Of a stretch of DNA of 12,819 bases, positions 1 through 8,542 are shown in pieces (the first letter of the stretch is position 1; every line of letters starts with the position of its first letter). Origin of the DNA: a virus (lineage: Duplodnaviria; Heunggongvirae; Uroviricota; Caudoviricetes); the IMG/VR virus record IMGVR_UViG_3300030021_000014; one strand, written 5' to 3'. The notes under the pieces are model-generated. The model did no database searches and was not told the origin of the DNA. It saw nothing but the letters and a program-made list of their open reading frames with translations. The position numbers and the translations under genes are program-made.

Positions 1-218
1 GGGGAACGGTGGCAACACAAAAGGGAGCTGATGCTGGATATGCCTTACCATTTGCTTTTCCCTATGCAGGCTTATTTGCGACCGGAAACCGTGGAACATC
101 TGGCTACAATGCCGCGATGAATGTGCGTATTGCCAGCAGAACGCATATCAGTATTCAGAACTGGTCGCCATCCGGAGAGGGCACCGAAGATTGTTGTTTT
201 ATCGCGCTGGGGTATTAA
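1..218 (+). CDS. Tail fiber protein, C-terminal variable domain of an alternative (silent-orientation) cassette; 5' end lies upstream of the window
   Basis: Frame is open from the window edge to TAA at 216-218; the M at 9 in the ORF track is a GTG codon inside a longer frame. C-terminal motif FIALGY resembles the YLALGI end of the minus-strand fiber (659..1234). A tail fiber assembly gene follows 3 nt downstream. Confidence 0.6.
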   Translation, partial: GTVATQKGADAGYALPFAFPYAGLFATGNRGTSGYNAAMNVRIASRTHISIQNWSPSGEGTEDCCFIALGY

Positions 219-220
219 GA

Positions 221-631
221 ATGAATAAATTTTATAAAGGCTCTTTCTATCCGAAAGCACTAAAAGAGGTATATATCAGCGCCGGTTCATGGCCTGAAAA
301 TGGCGTTGATGTTGATGATGAAACAATGGCAATTTACACAGGCGTAGCGCCACAAGGCAAAACGCTGGGGGCTGATAAAAATGGTAATCCTGCGTGGATT
401 GATATCCCGCCACTCTCCGCTGAACAACAGATTATTCAGGCTGAACAGAAAAGAACGGTATTGCGTTCTATGGCTGATAAGGAAATAGTCTGGAGACAGG
501 ATGCTTTTGATGCGGAAATCGCGACGGCAGAAGAAACCGCCGCGTTATCTGAATGGAAAAAATACCGGGTGCTGCTGATGCGCGTTGATACCTCAAAAGC
601 CCCCGATATTCTGTGGCCTCCGCAACCGTAA
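221..631 (+). CDS. Tail fiber assembly chaperone (Tfa family)
   Basis: ATG at 221 (MNKFYKG...), 136 aa, starts 3 nt after the fiber stop. Size and sequence character match recalled enterobacterial prophage Tfa proteins. The ORF-track start at 191 is an upstream in-frame extension overlapping the fiber stop. Confidence 0.8.
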   Translation: MNKFYKGSFYPKALKEVYISAGSWPENGVDVDDETMAIYTGVAPQGKTLGADKNGNPAWIDIPPLSAEQQIIQAEQKRTVLRSMADKEIVWRQDAFDAEIATAEETAALSEWKKYRVLLMRVDTSKAPDILWPPQP

Positions 632-634
632 CAA

Positions 635-655
635 AAAGCCGCTGTTTGCGGCTTT
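635..655. terminator. Bidirectional intrinsic terminator between the convergent tfa and tail fiber genes
   Basis: AAAGCCGC (635-642) / loop TGTTT / GCGGCTTT (648-655): 8-bp stem flanked by an A-run on one side and T-rich sequence on the other. It fills the 27-nt gap between the tfa stop (631) and the fiber stop (659). Confidence 0.55.
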
Positions 656-658
656 CTC

Positions 659-1234
659 TTATATCCCCAGCGCAAGATAGGTGTAGCTGTCAATATTGTT
701 TGCCGTACCGTTTCCACTCCAGCCATAGAGACTAAACCCGGTCTGCGTGTAATTAACAGATGTTACATACCGATGGTCAGCTGTGATTTTATGCGGAAGA
801 ACGATAAATGGGGTGACATTAAACGGTTTTTTAAAGCTTACCGTAGCATTGGTCGCCTGAACCGAGCCGTGCCCCCATTGCAGCAGCAATCCTCCCGGTA
901 ATTCAAAGTACCCATCAGCCTCCAGTAACCGTTCTCCAAATCCAAGGTTTTCGAGAGCCGTTTTCACCGTGCCATCCGATTTGATATCGCCAAACGGATT
1001 CTTGCGGCTTAACAGCAGCGCGCGAAGTGCGGTAAGTAACTGGTCGTGCCGCCCCTTCTCCAGGCTGGCACCGGATGCCTCCACCACGCTGCAAAGTTCC
1101 TCCTGCAACATGTCAAAGTAGTCATCATCCAGATCGGTGGCAGGCGTGCCGGTCTGGGGGTTACCACGGGTAAAACCGTTCTTACCCGCGCCGAACTTAT
1201 CCTTCTGCGCGGTTTTCGTGTCTATACGATGCAT
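659..1234 (-). CDS. Tail fiber protein (191 aa) with constant N-terminal half and variable C-terminal half
   Basis: ATG at 1234 with GGAG 6 nt upstream; follows the gp48-like gene stop by 3 nt. A Hin-family crossover-like site sits mid-gene at 932-957. Confidence 0.8.
   Translation of the reverse strand: MHRIDTKTAQKDKFGAGKNGFTRGNPQTGTPATDLDDDYFDMLQEELCSVVEASGASLEKGRHDQLLTALRALLLSRKNPFGDIKSDGTVKTALENLGFGERLLEADGYFELPGGLLLQWGHGSVQATNATVSFKKPFNVTPFIVLPHKITADHRYVTSVNYTQTGFSLYGWSGNGTANNIDSYTYLALGI
932..957. other. Candidate Hin/Gin/Pin/Cin-family serine-invertase crossover site (hix/gix-like) inside the tail fiber gene
   Basis: TTCTCCAAATCC-AA-GGTTTTCGAGAG: two imperfect inverted 12-bp half sites around a 2-bp AA core. 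About 20 of 26 positions match the recalled hixL sequence TTCTTGAAAACCAAGGTTTTTGATAA. It encodes residues ~93-100 (LENLGFGE) of the 191-aa fiber, at the constant/variable junction. Confidence 0.6.
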
Positions 1235-1237
1235 GGA

Positions 1238-1822
1238 TTACTCCGGATATTTAAAAATTACGTAGGTATGCGACGGGCAGAGTTTGTTAAGCACACACTC
1301 GACAACGGTGTCACCCCAGATACGCAGTGCGGAATCACAGGGATCGCCACATGTCATCCAGGTGGTGTTGGCGGCGGCTGGCATGTTGACCTGCCAGTAA
1401 TACCGCCATTCCGGCGCATTCACAGCGTCAGTACAGGCCGATGAGCAGGTGAACGTGCTTTTGTCGTATCGCGTGATGGTGGCATCTGGTCTGCCCAGGG
1501 CAGCAAGCTGTGCAAGATAAAAATCCTCGTTGATGCCACCCGCCAGGTTAACCTTCGCATCCAGCCGTTGCTGACGCTGGCGAAGGGTCTGTGTCCCAGC
1601 GGGAATACATTCATCCGGCAGGCCGCACAGACGCTCCCAGCGATTTATCAGTTCGGTGGTGGTGCGCGGATCCAGCTCCCGCATCAGGGCATCCGCACGC
1701 TGATGAACGCGGGTTAATGACGGTGCCGCACCGGCAATCGACGGATCGCTGGCTGACCACGCCGGACCGGGGGGCAACAGTGCCGACAACAGACGGATGT
1801 AATCATCGTTTGTCACGTCCAT
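1238..1822 (-). CDS. Mu gp48-like tail protein (YmfQ/DUF2313-type), fiber-proximal baseplate component
   Basis: 194 aa, the same length as recalled E. coli e14 YmfQ. Its start overlaps the baseplate J stop (ATGGACGTGA) and it lies immediately upstream of the tail fiber. Confidence 0.75.
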   Translation of the reverse strand: MDVTNDDYIRLLSALLPPGPAWSASDPSIAGAAPSLTRVHQRADALMRELDPRTTTELINRWERLCGLPDECIPAGTQTLRQRQQRLDAKVNLAGGINEDFYLAQLAALGRPDATITRYDKSTFTCSSACTDAVNAPEWRYYWQVNMPAAANTTWMTCGDPCDSALRIWGDTVVECVLNKLCPSHTYVIFKYPE

Positions 1823-2871
1823 GAAATCGTCCCCAGTACCGCCAGTTCATTTTTTGCAATGGAGATATTGTCTGCCGGTGCAAGCAACTGATGGCTGTAT
1901 TCCCCGTTCGCACCGGAAATCGCTTCACTGATACGTGACACCTTCAGTTCTCCCTGCGGATAACCATCACGCAGCAGGAACGAACGCAACTCCGCGGTAA
2001 TGGCAGCCCGTATTTCTGGTGTGTCCGGCGTCACGCGGATATGAAAATCCACCGTATGTGCCACCGGCCTGAATACATACAAATCAGAGCCTGCCACCGG
2101 GGCCAGTGGCCCGATATGTTGTCTTGCTGCCGTTTCCGTTGATTCTTCCGGAATGGGATTAATCAGGTCACTGCCGGCAATCATCACACCGACAGTCCCC
2201 GTTCCCATCCAGTGGCGGTATGTCCATGCACGGGTAATGCCGGGCACTTCTTTAGCCCAGACAACATAGTCCCCATCAGCCCCGCCCTGAGGCGTCCAGT
2301 AATACCGCTCAATGACGCGGGCGCGCCACGTTTCCAGATCTTCAGTATCGAATCCGCCAGTCAGGGTATCTGCAACACCGGAAGACGGCAGACCATTCAC
2401 CGGCGTGACCAGGATTAATGCCGTACCGTCGTCAGCGTTACCGACCGCGCCTGCACTTGAGCAGGCGATCGGCACGCGCAGGACACCACCGGAGCTGGTT
2501 GCATCAGCAGTTGCCGTGTACTGAACCAGGTCATCGCGCTGAATCACGCTCCCGGCGGTCACCTTCAGGCCATCGCTGACACCTTCCCAGCGCATATACC
2601 CGCTGGCAGCCGTGGCCCCCTTGCGCGGACACCGTTTCATCGCAGCATGTCGCGCCAGCCAGGACTCATCGCACAGGTCAGGCAGCATGTTCATTGCCAG
2701 ATAATCGATGTAACCGTAAACCGTATGCAGCGCCGCCGCATACACCTTTGCCCGCACGTCTTCATCCATGCGCCGGAGCGTGTCGCTGACGTCCAGCCTG
2801 GCGAATAAATCGTTACGGAGCATACTGATATTTTCTGCCAGCGTCGGGCGCTGAAATTCACTGTCCGCCAT
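1813..2871 (-). CDS. Baseplate J-like protein (Mu gp47 family)
   Basis: 352 aa; sits between the gp46-like and gp48-like genes as in Mu-like baseplate modules; 14-nt overlap with the upstream gene. Confidence 0.85.
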   Translation of the reverse strand: MADSEFQRPTLAENISMLRNDLFARLDVSDTLRRMDEDVRAKVYAAALHTVYGYIDYLAMNMLPDLCDESWLARHAAMKRCPRKGATAASGYMRWEGVSDGLKVTAGSVIQRDDLVQYTATADATSSGGVLRVPIACSSAGAVGNADDGTALILVTPVNGLPSSGVADTLTGGFDTEDLETWRARVIERYYWTPQGGADGDYVVWAKEVPGITRAWTYRHWMGTGTVGVMIAGSDLINPIPEESTETAARQHIGPLAPVAGSDLYVFRPVAHTVDFHIRVTPDTPEIRAAITAELRSFLLRDGYPQGELKVSRISEAISGANGEYSHQLLAPADNISIAKNELAVLGTISWT

Positions 2872-3286
2872 GCGTTATCGCACTCCACAGATCATCAAAA
2901 GAAATCATTACCGGTCCGTCACGACGCCAGAGGGTGATACTGTTACCCAGCTCATTAATCCCGGTGCGGCGGATATCCAGATCAATACGGGACACCACGC
3001 CGTCATCAATCATCCATTGCAGGCATTCGCGGATATACCCCCTTACTGTCTGCACCAGCTGATTGGTCAGTTTGCTGCGCTGAAGCAGCCACAGTCGGGA
3101 GCCGTAACGGTCATTCTGTACCGCAGGCCAGGTATCCCCCCACCATCCCATCGGGACGTCGGCGTTGTCATCAGGCTCCGCCCGCCGCCAGGTAAACAGG
3201 GAAATCACCACGGCGCGGGTCAGCGGATCCAGCGGTGCGCTGGCGCAGGTGCGTTTACCGTTCACCGTCAGCCACAGTTCCATCAT
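2858..3286 (-). CDS. Phage GP46-family baseplate protein (Mu gp46 / P2 gpW-like)
   Basis: 142 aa; ATGA overlap with the upstream spike gene; position and size typical of gp46. Confidence 0.8.
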   Translation of the reverse strand: MMELWLTVNGKRTCASAPLDPLTRAVVISLFTWRRAEPDDNADVPMGWWGDTWPAVQNDRYGSRLWLLQRSKLTNQLVQTVRGYIRECLQWMIDDGVVSRIDLDIRRTGINELGNSITLWRRDGPVMISFDDLWSAITHGGQ

Positions 3287-3831
3287 GCCTCCATCGCTTT
3301 ATCCGGTTTGTCGGTGTTACTGCCCTGACCGTTCTCTCTGTGACGATGCCCGTTATAGGCAAGCCGCATCGCTGACATGGTAGTGCCGCTGGAGTCGCAC
3401 AGGTCTTTCACCTGTCCTGTCACTTCCAGGTCCATTTCAAAACGTGCTTTAGGTGAATTGCGAAACGTGATCGTTTTACCTGCACCGTCCACCACGATCC
3501 CCTCCCGGGTCAGCGTCACGGACTGCCCCTGATCGTCATAGACAGCCACCTCACCCGTCTGCAGCCCTTTCAGGCGGTAGCGCCGGTCCGACACCGTAAC
3601 AACCACCGCATGAGAACGGTCGCCATCCGGAAACAACACCACCGCTTCCGCACCGCTGTTTGCCCTTGCGGTAAAACCGTAGGGTTCAAGATGTTCAACC
3701 CCGGCTTTGGGTTCACCGGCAATCAGGGACACATCCACGGTCTGACATTTCGTGGCGGCACTGATGCTTTTCACCACGGCCCGCCCAATCAGGCCGAGGA
3801 GTTGTCGCTGCATGGCTTCAATCGCCCTCAT
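3283..3831 (-). CDS. Baseplate assembly protein V / central spike (Mu gp45-like)
   Basis: 182 aa; gene order between the P-like and gp46-like genes; translationally coupled (TGATG). Confidence 0.8.
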   Translation of the reverse strand: MRAIEAMQRQLLGLIGRAVVKSISAATKCQTVDVSLIAGEPKAGVEHLEPYGFTARANSGAEAVVLFPDGDRSHAVVVTVSDRRYRLKGLQTGEVAVYDDQGQSVTLTREGIVVDGAGKTITFRNSPKARFEMDLEVTGQVKDLCDSSGTTMSAMRLAYNGHRHRENGQGSNTDKPDKAMEA

Positions 3832-4910
3832 CAGAACGGGTCCTCCTGTACTCTGGCTTTTTTCTTTTTCCGCGCGCCGGGATCTTCGGGTTCAGGCAGA
3901 TAAGCATCAGGCGGGCCGACACGGATTTCCGTCAGGGTGCCGTTCTGGTCCTGAGTAAACGTGACTTCCGAAACAAGCAGTTCGGTATTGTCGAAACCAC
4001 AGACCGGATCGAAGACAATCACCCGCTGGTTGGGCTGCCACAGCGTACCGTTACCCTGTCGCCAGCCCTGCACCACATAAGTGGTTTCATCCGTCCGCGC
4101 CGCCCGTTGTCGGGCTTCAAAGTCAGCACGCGCAATACAGCCTGCCCCCGTGGCCTGCCCTGTCTGCCTGATATACATCGGACGGTAACGGGCAATAAAT
4201 GCGTCCTCTGTGCGGGCCCGCAGCGCAGTTGTGGTGGCCTCACCGAAATCATCGTCGTTTCCGGCACGCTGCCCCGCCACCTGGTAAACAGAAAACCGCT
4301 CCCGGATACTCTTCTCCGTATCGCAGGAAAGGATGTTTTCCCCAAGTACCAGCGCGGTATGTGCCCGCGTTGAGCCAATACCGCCAATCACCAGCCTGCC
4401 GTGCGGGTCGTCGTAAGCCAGCGCCTGCTGCTGACCGAGTATTTTGTTGATTACCTCAATCACCGTTTCACCGTGATCAGGCTGAACATCAGGAATAACA
4501 CCCGACGGCGCACCGCTGTTCACCACCTCAATGCCGAAAGGTGCAGCAAGCGCCTGCGCAATCTGCACCAGCGAGCGTCCGTTAAACTGTGTCGGTTCGG
4601 CTGCACAGTCAATCAGCTCAGCCGTCAGACTACGTCCGGCAATACCGGTGCTGACCGAACGGGCATCGTAACGAACGGGAGTCGCCTCCACCCAGCCGGT
4701 GATCACCAGCTCATCACCAATTAGCACTTCCACTTTTGAACCGTTTTTAATGCGCGGCTGAAGCGTGGTGATACCCTCATCTCCCGGCCATTGGCGAGTG
4801 ATCTCCACACTGAAATCCCGCGCCAGCCGTTCAATACCGGCACCGATGCGCACCGATGTCCAGCCATTCCACTCCCGGCCATTTACCCGTAGCGTGACAT
4901 TGTCGTTCAT
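3831..4910 (-). CDS. Mu P (gp44)-like tail protein / late control D-family baseplate hub
   Basis: 359 aa; ATGA overlap with the upstream gene; position after the DNA-circularization-like gene. C-terminus contains a KKKK run. Confidence 0.8.
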   Translation of the reverse strand: MNDNVTLRVNGREWNGWTSVRIGAGIERLARDFSVEITRQWPGDEGITTLQPRIKNGSKVEVLIGDELVITGWVEATPVRYDARSVSTGIAGRSLTAELIDCAAEPTQFNGRSLVQIAQALAAPFGIEVVNSGAPSGVIPDVQPDHGETVIEVINKILGQQQALAYDDPHGRLVIGGIGSTRAHTALVLGENILSCDTEKSIRERFSVYQVAGQRAGNDDDFGEATTTALRARTEDAFIARYRPMYIRQTGQATGAGCIARADFEARQRAARTDETTYVVQGWRQGNGTLWQPNQRVIVFDPVCGFDNTELLVSEVTFTQDQNGTLTEIRVGPPDAYLPEPEDPGARKKKKARVQEDPF

Positions 4911-6235
4911 TGCACTGGCACCTTCAGAGGGATCACCGGCACAAAGCCGGGATGCGTAATGGCATTACGCCGGATAATGTCCGCGTCACGCGCCGCGTTA
5001 TCAAACCAGGTCGCCGCCAGCACCAGCGCGGGTAAAACCTCATCCGGCGTGCGCTGAATGATCCGTGCAGACTGTTCAAGGCGCGTGTTGATATCCGCAT
5101 TCAGATCTGCTTTCACCCGGCGCAGCGCCAGAAACAGCGCATCACTGGTTGTACGGGACAACTCCTTATCAATTGCCGTATTCAGTGTGTCGCGAATGTC
5201 GGTCAGTTCTTCCCACGTTGGCAGGTCAACCGTGTTTTTCACCGCCGGTGCATTGTTCAGTGCCGGATGCGTGACAGAAGGCCAGCCGGTGCTCTGCGCG
5301 GGTGTTGTTGACTGCCCTACTGTGGCATTCTGCATCACCGCGGAAGTTGTGGGCGCAGGCAATCGTGTGACGGCATACGCCGCTTCGCTGATTGCGGTCG
5401 TACGAAGGGTGCTGGCAACCACGTTACGCTGCTGCGTCGCCGTGGCGGTAGTTTTACTGTCCGTTTTCCAGACGCCGCGCGGTTGCAGATCGCTGCCGAG
5501 GCTGACACCGGAAAGCGTTTTGATCATGGTGACCAGGTCGCTGGCGTTACCATAAAGGCGTTTCCCGGTACGCCACATTTTCTGCACCTGCTCAACGAAA
5601 TTTTTGCCTGACGATGGTGGCGGCAGAAGTACCGAGATATCCCCCTGCAACAGCCTGGCGGCATCCGATACGGCAGAATCCACCACTTTCATCGCATCAG
5701 AAACATACCCAAGCATTGTGCTGGCATTACCGACGACGTCGTTCTGCACAAAATCTGCCACGCCATCGATACTGAAACCACTGAAGCTGTCACTGATGCA
5801 GTCATCCAGTGCAGAACAGGATGACATCAGCGTCTGCGCCGTCGCCGCACCTGAAGTGGGGTAAGAGAGTTCTCCCGCTTCGACAAACTTCAGGTCAAAG
5901 CGGACAATACGCCCTTCACTCTTCGATGTGCTGACCCGAACTTCCCCGTCAACACAGACTTTCAGCTCACCGTAAGTCGGATGGACAAGCGTGCCGGGAC
6001 CGGGTTTATTCAGCGCGTCAATCAGGCGATCGCGCTGGTCAAAGCAGTCATCTCCCACCACATAAGCTGTGATGGACGGGCGGAAAGTGATTTTCCCCAG
6101 GTCTTCGGTATAGGGTTTGTCGCGGTTCGGGTATTCGTGCGTTTCCACACGACGACCGGTTCCCGCACTTTCTTCTTCAACCTTAAACGGCACACCGCGA
6201 AATGACGCGTCCTGAAGTCTGTCTTTCCACGTCAT
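4907..6235 (-). CDS. Mu N (gp43)-like DNA circularization protein
   Basis: Preferred start is ATG at 6235 (MTWKDRLQDASFRGVPF...) with GGAG 7 nt upstream. The ORF-track starts at 6277 and 6250 lack an RBS and overlap a hairpin. N-terminal sequence matches the recalled DNA_circ_N signature. Confidence 0.75.
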   Translation of the reverse strand: MTWKDRLQDASFRGVPFKVEEESAGTGRRVETHEYPNRDKPYTEDLGKITFRPSITAYVVGDDCFDQRDRLIDALNKPGPGTLVHPTYGELKVCVDGEVRVSTSKSEGRIVRFDLKFVEAGELSYPTSGAATAQTLMSSCSALDDCISDSFSGFSIDGVADFVQNDVVGNASTMLGYVSDAMKVVDSAVSDAARLLQGDISVLLPPPSSGKNFVEQVQKMWRTGKRLYGNASDLVTMIKTLSGVSLGSDLQPRGVWKTDSKTTATATQQRNVVASTLRTTAISEAAYAVTRLPAPTTSAVMQNATVGQSTTPAQSTGWPSVTHPALNNAPAVKNTVDLPTWEELTDIRDTLNTAIDKELSRTTSDALFLALRRVKADLNADINTRLEQSARIIQRTPDEVLPALVLAATWFDNAARDADIIRRNAITHPGFVPVIPLKVPVQ

Positions 6236-6256
6236 ATAAACTCCGTACATAAAAAA

Positions 6257-6272
6257 TCCCACCGGAGTGGGA
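6257..6272 (-). terminator. Intra-operon terminator-like hairpin plus T6 between the tape measure and gp43-like genes
   Basis: On the minus strand: TCCCAC-TCCG-GTGGGA followed directly by TTTTTT (plus-strand 6251-6256 is A6). Lies 24 nt after the TMP stop and 15 nt before the next start. Confidence 0.35.
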
Positions 6273-6295
6273 CTCATTAACAGATTAATTTTTCA

Positions 6296-8131
6296 TTACC
6301 TGCCAAAGCGCGTATAGCCAACATCATGGCTGACATCAAAACCGCTGGATCGCGTTTCCATAACCCGCATACCCGGAGGCGAATTCACAAAAGAGACCTT
6401 GATCTCACCATCAACTTTTGGCGCAGAAGCTTTGTTAATCATGAAGGGATTCGGGCCTGTGGCACCGGAGGCGTTGTTTGACTGAGCCGGATCTACCGCC
6501 TGATAAGGTGTGTATCCCCGTGCCGGTATTCCCGTCCCATAAGCATCATAAGCACCCGCGCCCCACTGCGCAGAGTTAATGGCATCGACCGTGTCACCGG
6601 AACTGTCGGTAAACCACTCAATAATTGGCTTCAGTTTGTCCCACATATCCTGAAACCACTTAACAACCGGTCCCCAGTTATTGATTACCATCCCCAGCGG
6701 CGACCAGGCAAAAACCTTCTTCAGAAGTTCCCAGCCAGCCTCAAAATAAGGACCAATGGTTTCCCAGAGCTTCTTGAAATAAGGTCCGACAACATCCCAG
6801 TTAGTGATAATTAATCCCGCAGCCAGGGCTATCGCCGTCGCAATCATTCCAATCGGCGTCATCGACATGATCCTGCTGACAATACTGATGGCACCGCCAA
6901 CGCCCATCAATCCCAGTTTCAGAATCGCAAGACCGGCAGCAAGCCCGACGACGCCGCGAATAACCCGGGGATTTTCATCCGCAAACTTCGTGAATTTTTC
7001 CCCTAACTCCCCCAGCCATTGCGTGATATTTTTGGCGTCACCAGAAAATGCGCCGCCAATAGCCGCAAGGCCGTTAGTTGCGGTCCCCGTCATTGCCTCC
7101 CACAGGTTGGACAGCGTACCAAGCTGGGCCTGAACACGTTTATTCAGGCTGGCCTGTTTATTCATCTTCTGCTGGATCTGATCGTAGCCATCCTTTCCTT
7201 TATCGATTAGTGCATTGACCACCTGAAGGGTTTCGGCATCATCACCAAATATTGCCTTAAGTACACCTGTTCGCTTAACGTCGGTCAGTTTTCGCAGCTT
7301 TGCCAGTTGCCTGAACATGTTATCAAGACCGCCAAAACTTCCTTTGCCGTCAGTAAAATCGAGCTGTACCCCGAGTTTCTGGCGGGCCATGATTTTATTG
7401 ACGTCCCTGATTTTCTTAACGCTTAATCCGGACTGGATAACTTTTCGCAGGGCGTTACCTGCCGACTCCCCGTTCATCCCCATCTGATCCATCATGACGC
7501 TGATGGGGGCAAGGCTCTGTGCAGCCTGAAGACCGTCCTTGTTCACCATCTTCAGAACAGAGCTGGTTTTAGTGAAGAAGGACAACATGTTGGTATCGTC
7601 AACACCCAGATAAAACGCCTTCTGGATAGTGTCGAACAGCCCCATCATGTCTTCTGACGCCGTTCCGGTAGCATCCTGCATCTTTGCAGCAAACTCAGCA
7701 GCCGCTTCCGGTGTTTTTTTCAGTTGTACCGCAAGATAAGCTGTCGCTTTACCCACACCGCCAAGAATGTTTTCTGCCGGGATCCCCTGACGCACCAGCA
7801 TCTGCATCATGTTCTGGAAATCAGCCGTTGTACCGGGTAGCTGGTTACCCAGGCCAATAGCCAGTTTATTGATGTCCTGAAAGCTCTTTCCGACCTCGCC
7901 GTTCGCATCCATCATGGCGACTTTCAGCCCGGTGGCGGCGTTTTCCTGATCGGCATAAGATTTCAGGGAAAGCGTCAGACCCGCTGCCAGTCCGCCACCA
8001 AGCGCCAGCCCACCCTGTGACGCTTCTTCCGCCTGGCGTTTAAATCCCCGGATTTTCTTTTGCATTTTCGACAGCGCGGGAGAAAGCCTGTCGACACCGG
8101 TGATCAACGCCTTAAGCTCAAATTCCGCCAT
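6296..8131 (-). CDS. Tail tape measure protein
   Basis: 611 aa, Ala/Gly/Leu/Gln-rich with a hydrophobic segment. Sits between the frameshifted chaperone and the baseplate genes; AGGAG upstream of ATG at 8131. Confidence 0.85.
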   Translation of the reverse strand: MAEFELKALITGVDRLSPALSKMQKKIRGFKRQAEEASQGGLALGGGLAAGLTLSLKSYADQENAATGLKVAMMDANGEVGKSFQDINKLAIGLGNQLPGTTADFQNMMQMLVRQGIPAENILGGVGKATAYLAVQLKKTPEAAAEFAAKMQDATGTASEDMMGLFDTIQKAFYLGVDDTNMLSFFTKTSSVLKMVNKDGLQAAQSLAPISVMMDQMGMNGESAGNALRKVIQSGLSVKKIRDVNKIMARQKLGVQLDFTDGKGSFGGLDNMFRQLAKLRKLTDVKRTGVLKAIFGDDAETLQVVNALIDKGKDGYDQIQQKMNKQASLNKRVQAQLGTLSNLWEAMTGTATNGLAAIGGAFSGDAKNITQWLGELGEKFTKFADENPRVIRGVVGLAAGLAILKLGLMGVGGAISIVSRIMSMTPIGMIATAIALAAGLIITNWDVVGPYFKKLWETIGPYFEAGWELLKKVFAWSPLGMVINNWGPVVKWFQDMWDKLKPIIEWFTDSSGDTVDAINSAQWGAGAYDAYGTGIPARGYTPYQAVDPAQSNNASGATGPNPFMINKASAPKVDGEIKVSFVNSPPGMRVMETRSSGFDVSHDVGYTRFGR

Positions 8132-8542
8132 GTGTGCGTTTCTCCTGCTCTATCCTGTTTGCCTGACTGACCAGCAAGGGAATTTCACTGATCGGCATAT
8201 TCAGCAATTCGAAAGGATTAATGCGCCAGTAGCTGGCGCAGTCAAAGAAGCGATCAGTGAGGTATTCAGCCGTCAGGCCTGGAGGAAAAAACCAGCCACA
8301 AGCCACGCCGCTGCATTCAGGTCTGCCGGAGACATCTGGTCGACAGAGCTTTGCGGCACTTTCGCCAGCCGCACAATGTATTTCGACACCACATGCGCCA
8401 GAAGTCTGACTGACTCATCCTGATTCATCTGGTAGGGATACCCCAGCTCGCGGACATCCTTCCCGGTGGGTTCATCAAACTCCAGTACGGAGAGTGTCTC
8501 ACCATGAGCGATAATCGGTTTCTTTAACTCAAGCTCTTTCAT
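8118..8542 (-). CDS. Tail assembly chaperone, -1 frameshift fusion product (G-T / E-E' analogue)
   Basis: Slippery heptamer T_TTT_TTC on the minus strand (plus coordinates 8285-8291) lies 3 codons before the 0-frame stop. The -1 frame stays open for about 57 more codons to a stop at 8118-8120, 11 nt into the tape measure gene. Confidence 0.55.
8273..8542 (-). CDS. Tail assembly chaperone (short, in-frame product)
   Basis: 89 aa; sits between the tube and tape measure genes, the conserved position of lambda G / P2 E-type chaperones; TAATG coupling to the tube gene. Confidence 0.75.
   Translation of the reverse strand: MKELELKKPIIAHGETLSVLEFDEPTGKDVRELGYPYQMNQDESVRLLAHVVSKYIVRLAKVPQSSVDQMSPADLNAAAWLVAGFFLQA

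Noticed and set aside
191-220. ORF-track start at 191 for the tail fiber assembly gene
   Set aside because: It overlaps the upstream fiber stop in another frame. The ATG at 221 gives the usual MNKFYKG-type Tfa N-terminus 3 nt after the fiber stop.
2870-3328. Plus-strand ORF of 152 aa antisense to the gp46-like and spike genes
   Set aside because: It lies entirely within well-supported minus-strand genes, is Arg/Pro/His-rich as expected of antisense frames in GC-rich DNA, and has no RBS or recognisable family.
3661-3690. Second possible invertase site (AAAACC-GT-AGGGTT)
   Set aside because: Only the AAAACC core half matches; the flanking half sites do not fit the consensus, the core dinucleotide differs from the 932-957 site, and it lies inside the spike gene with no logic for inversion there.
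5058-5555. Plus-strand ORF of 165 aa inside the Mu N-like gene
   Set aside because: Antisense overlap with a confidently assigned structural gene, and no independent support.
6236-6277. Upstream in-frame ATGs at 6277 and 6250 as starts for the Mu N-like gene
   Set aside because: Neither has an RBS, and the first lies within the hairpin and T-run. The ATG at 6235 has GGAG at the right spacing and gives the expected MTWKDRL N-terminus.
6804-7133. Hydrophobic plus-strand ORF of 109 aa inside the tape measure gene
   Set aside because: Its hydrophobicity is a mirror artefact of the antisense hydrophobic segment of the tape measure protein, not evidence of a membrane protein gene.
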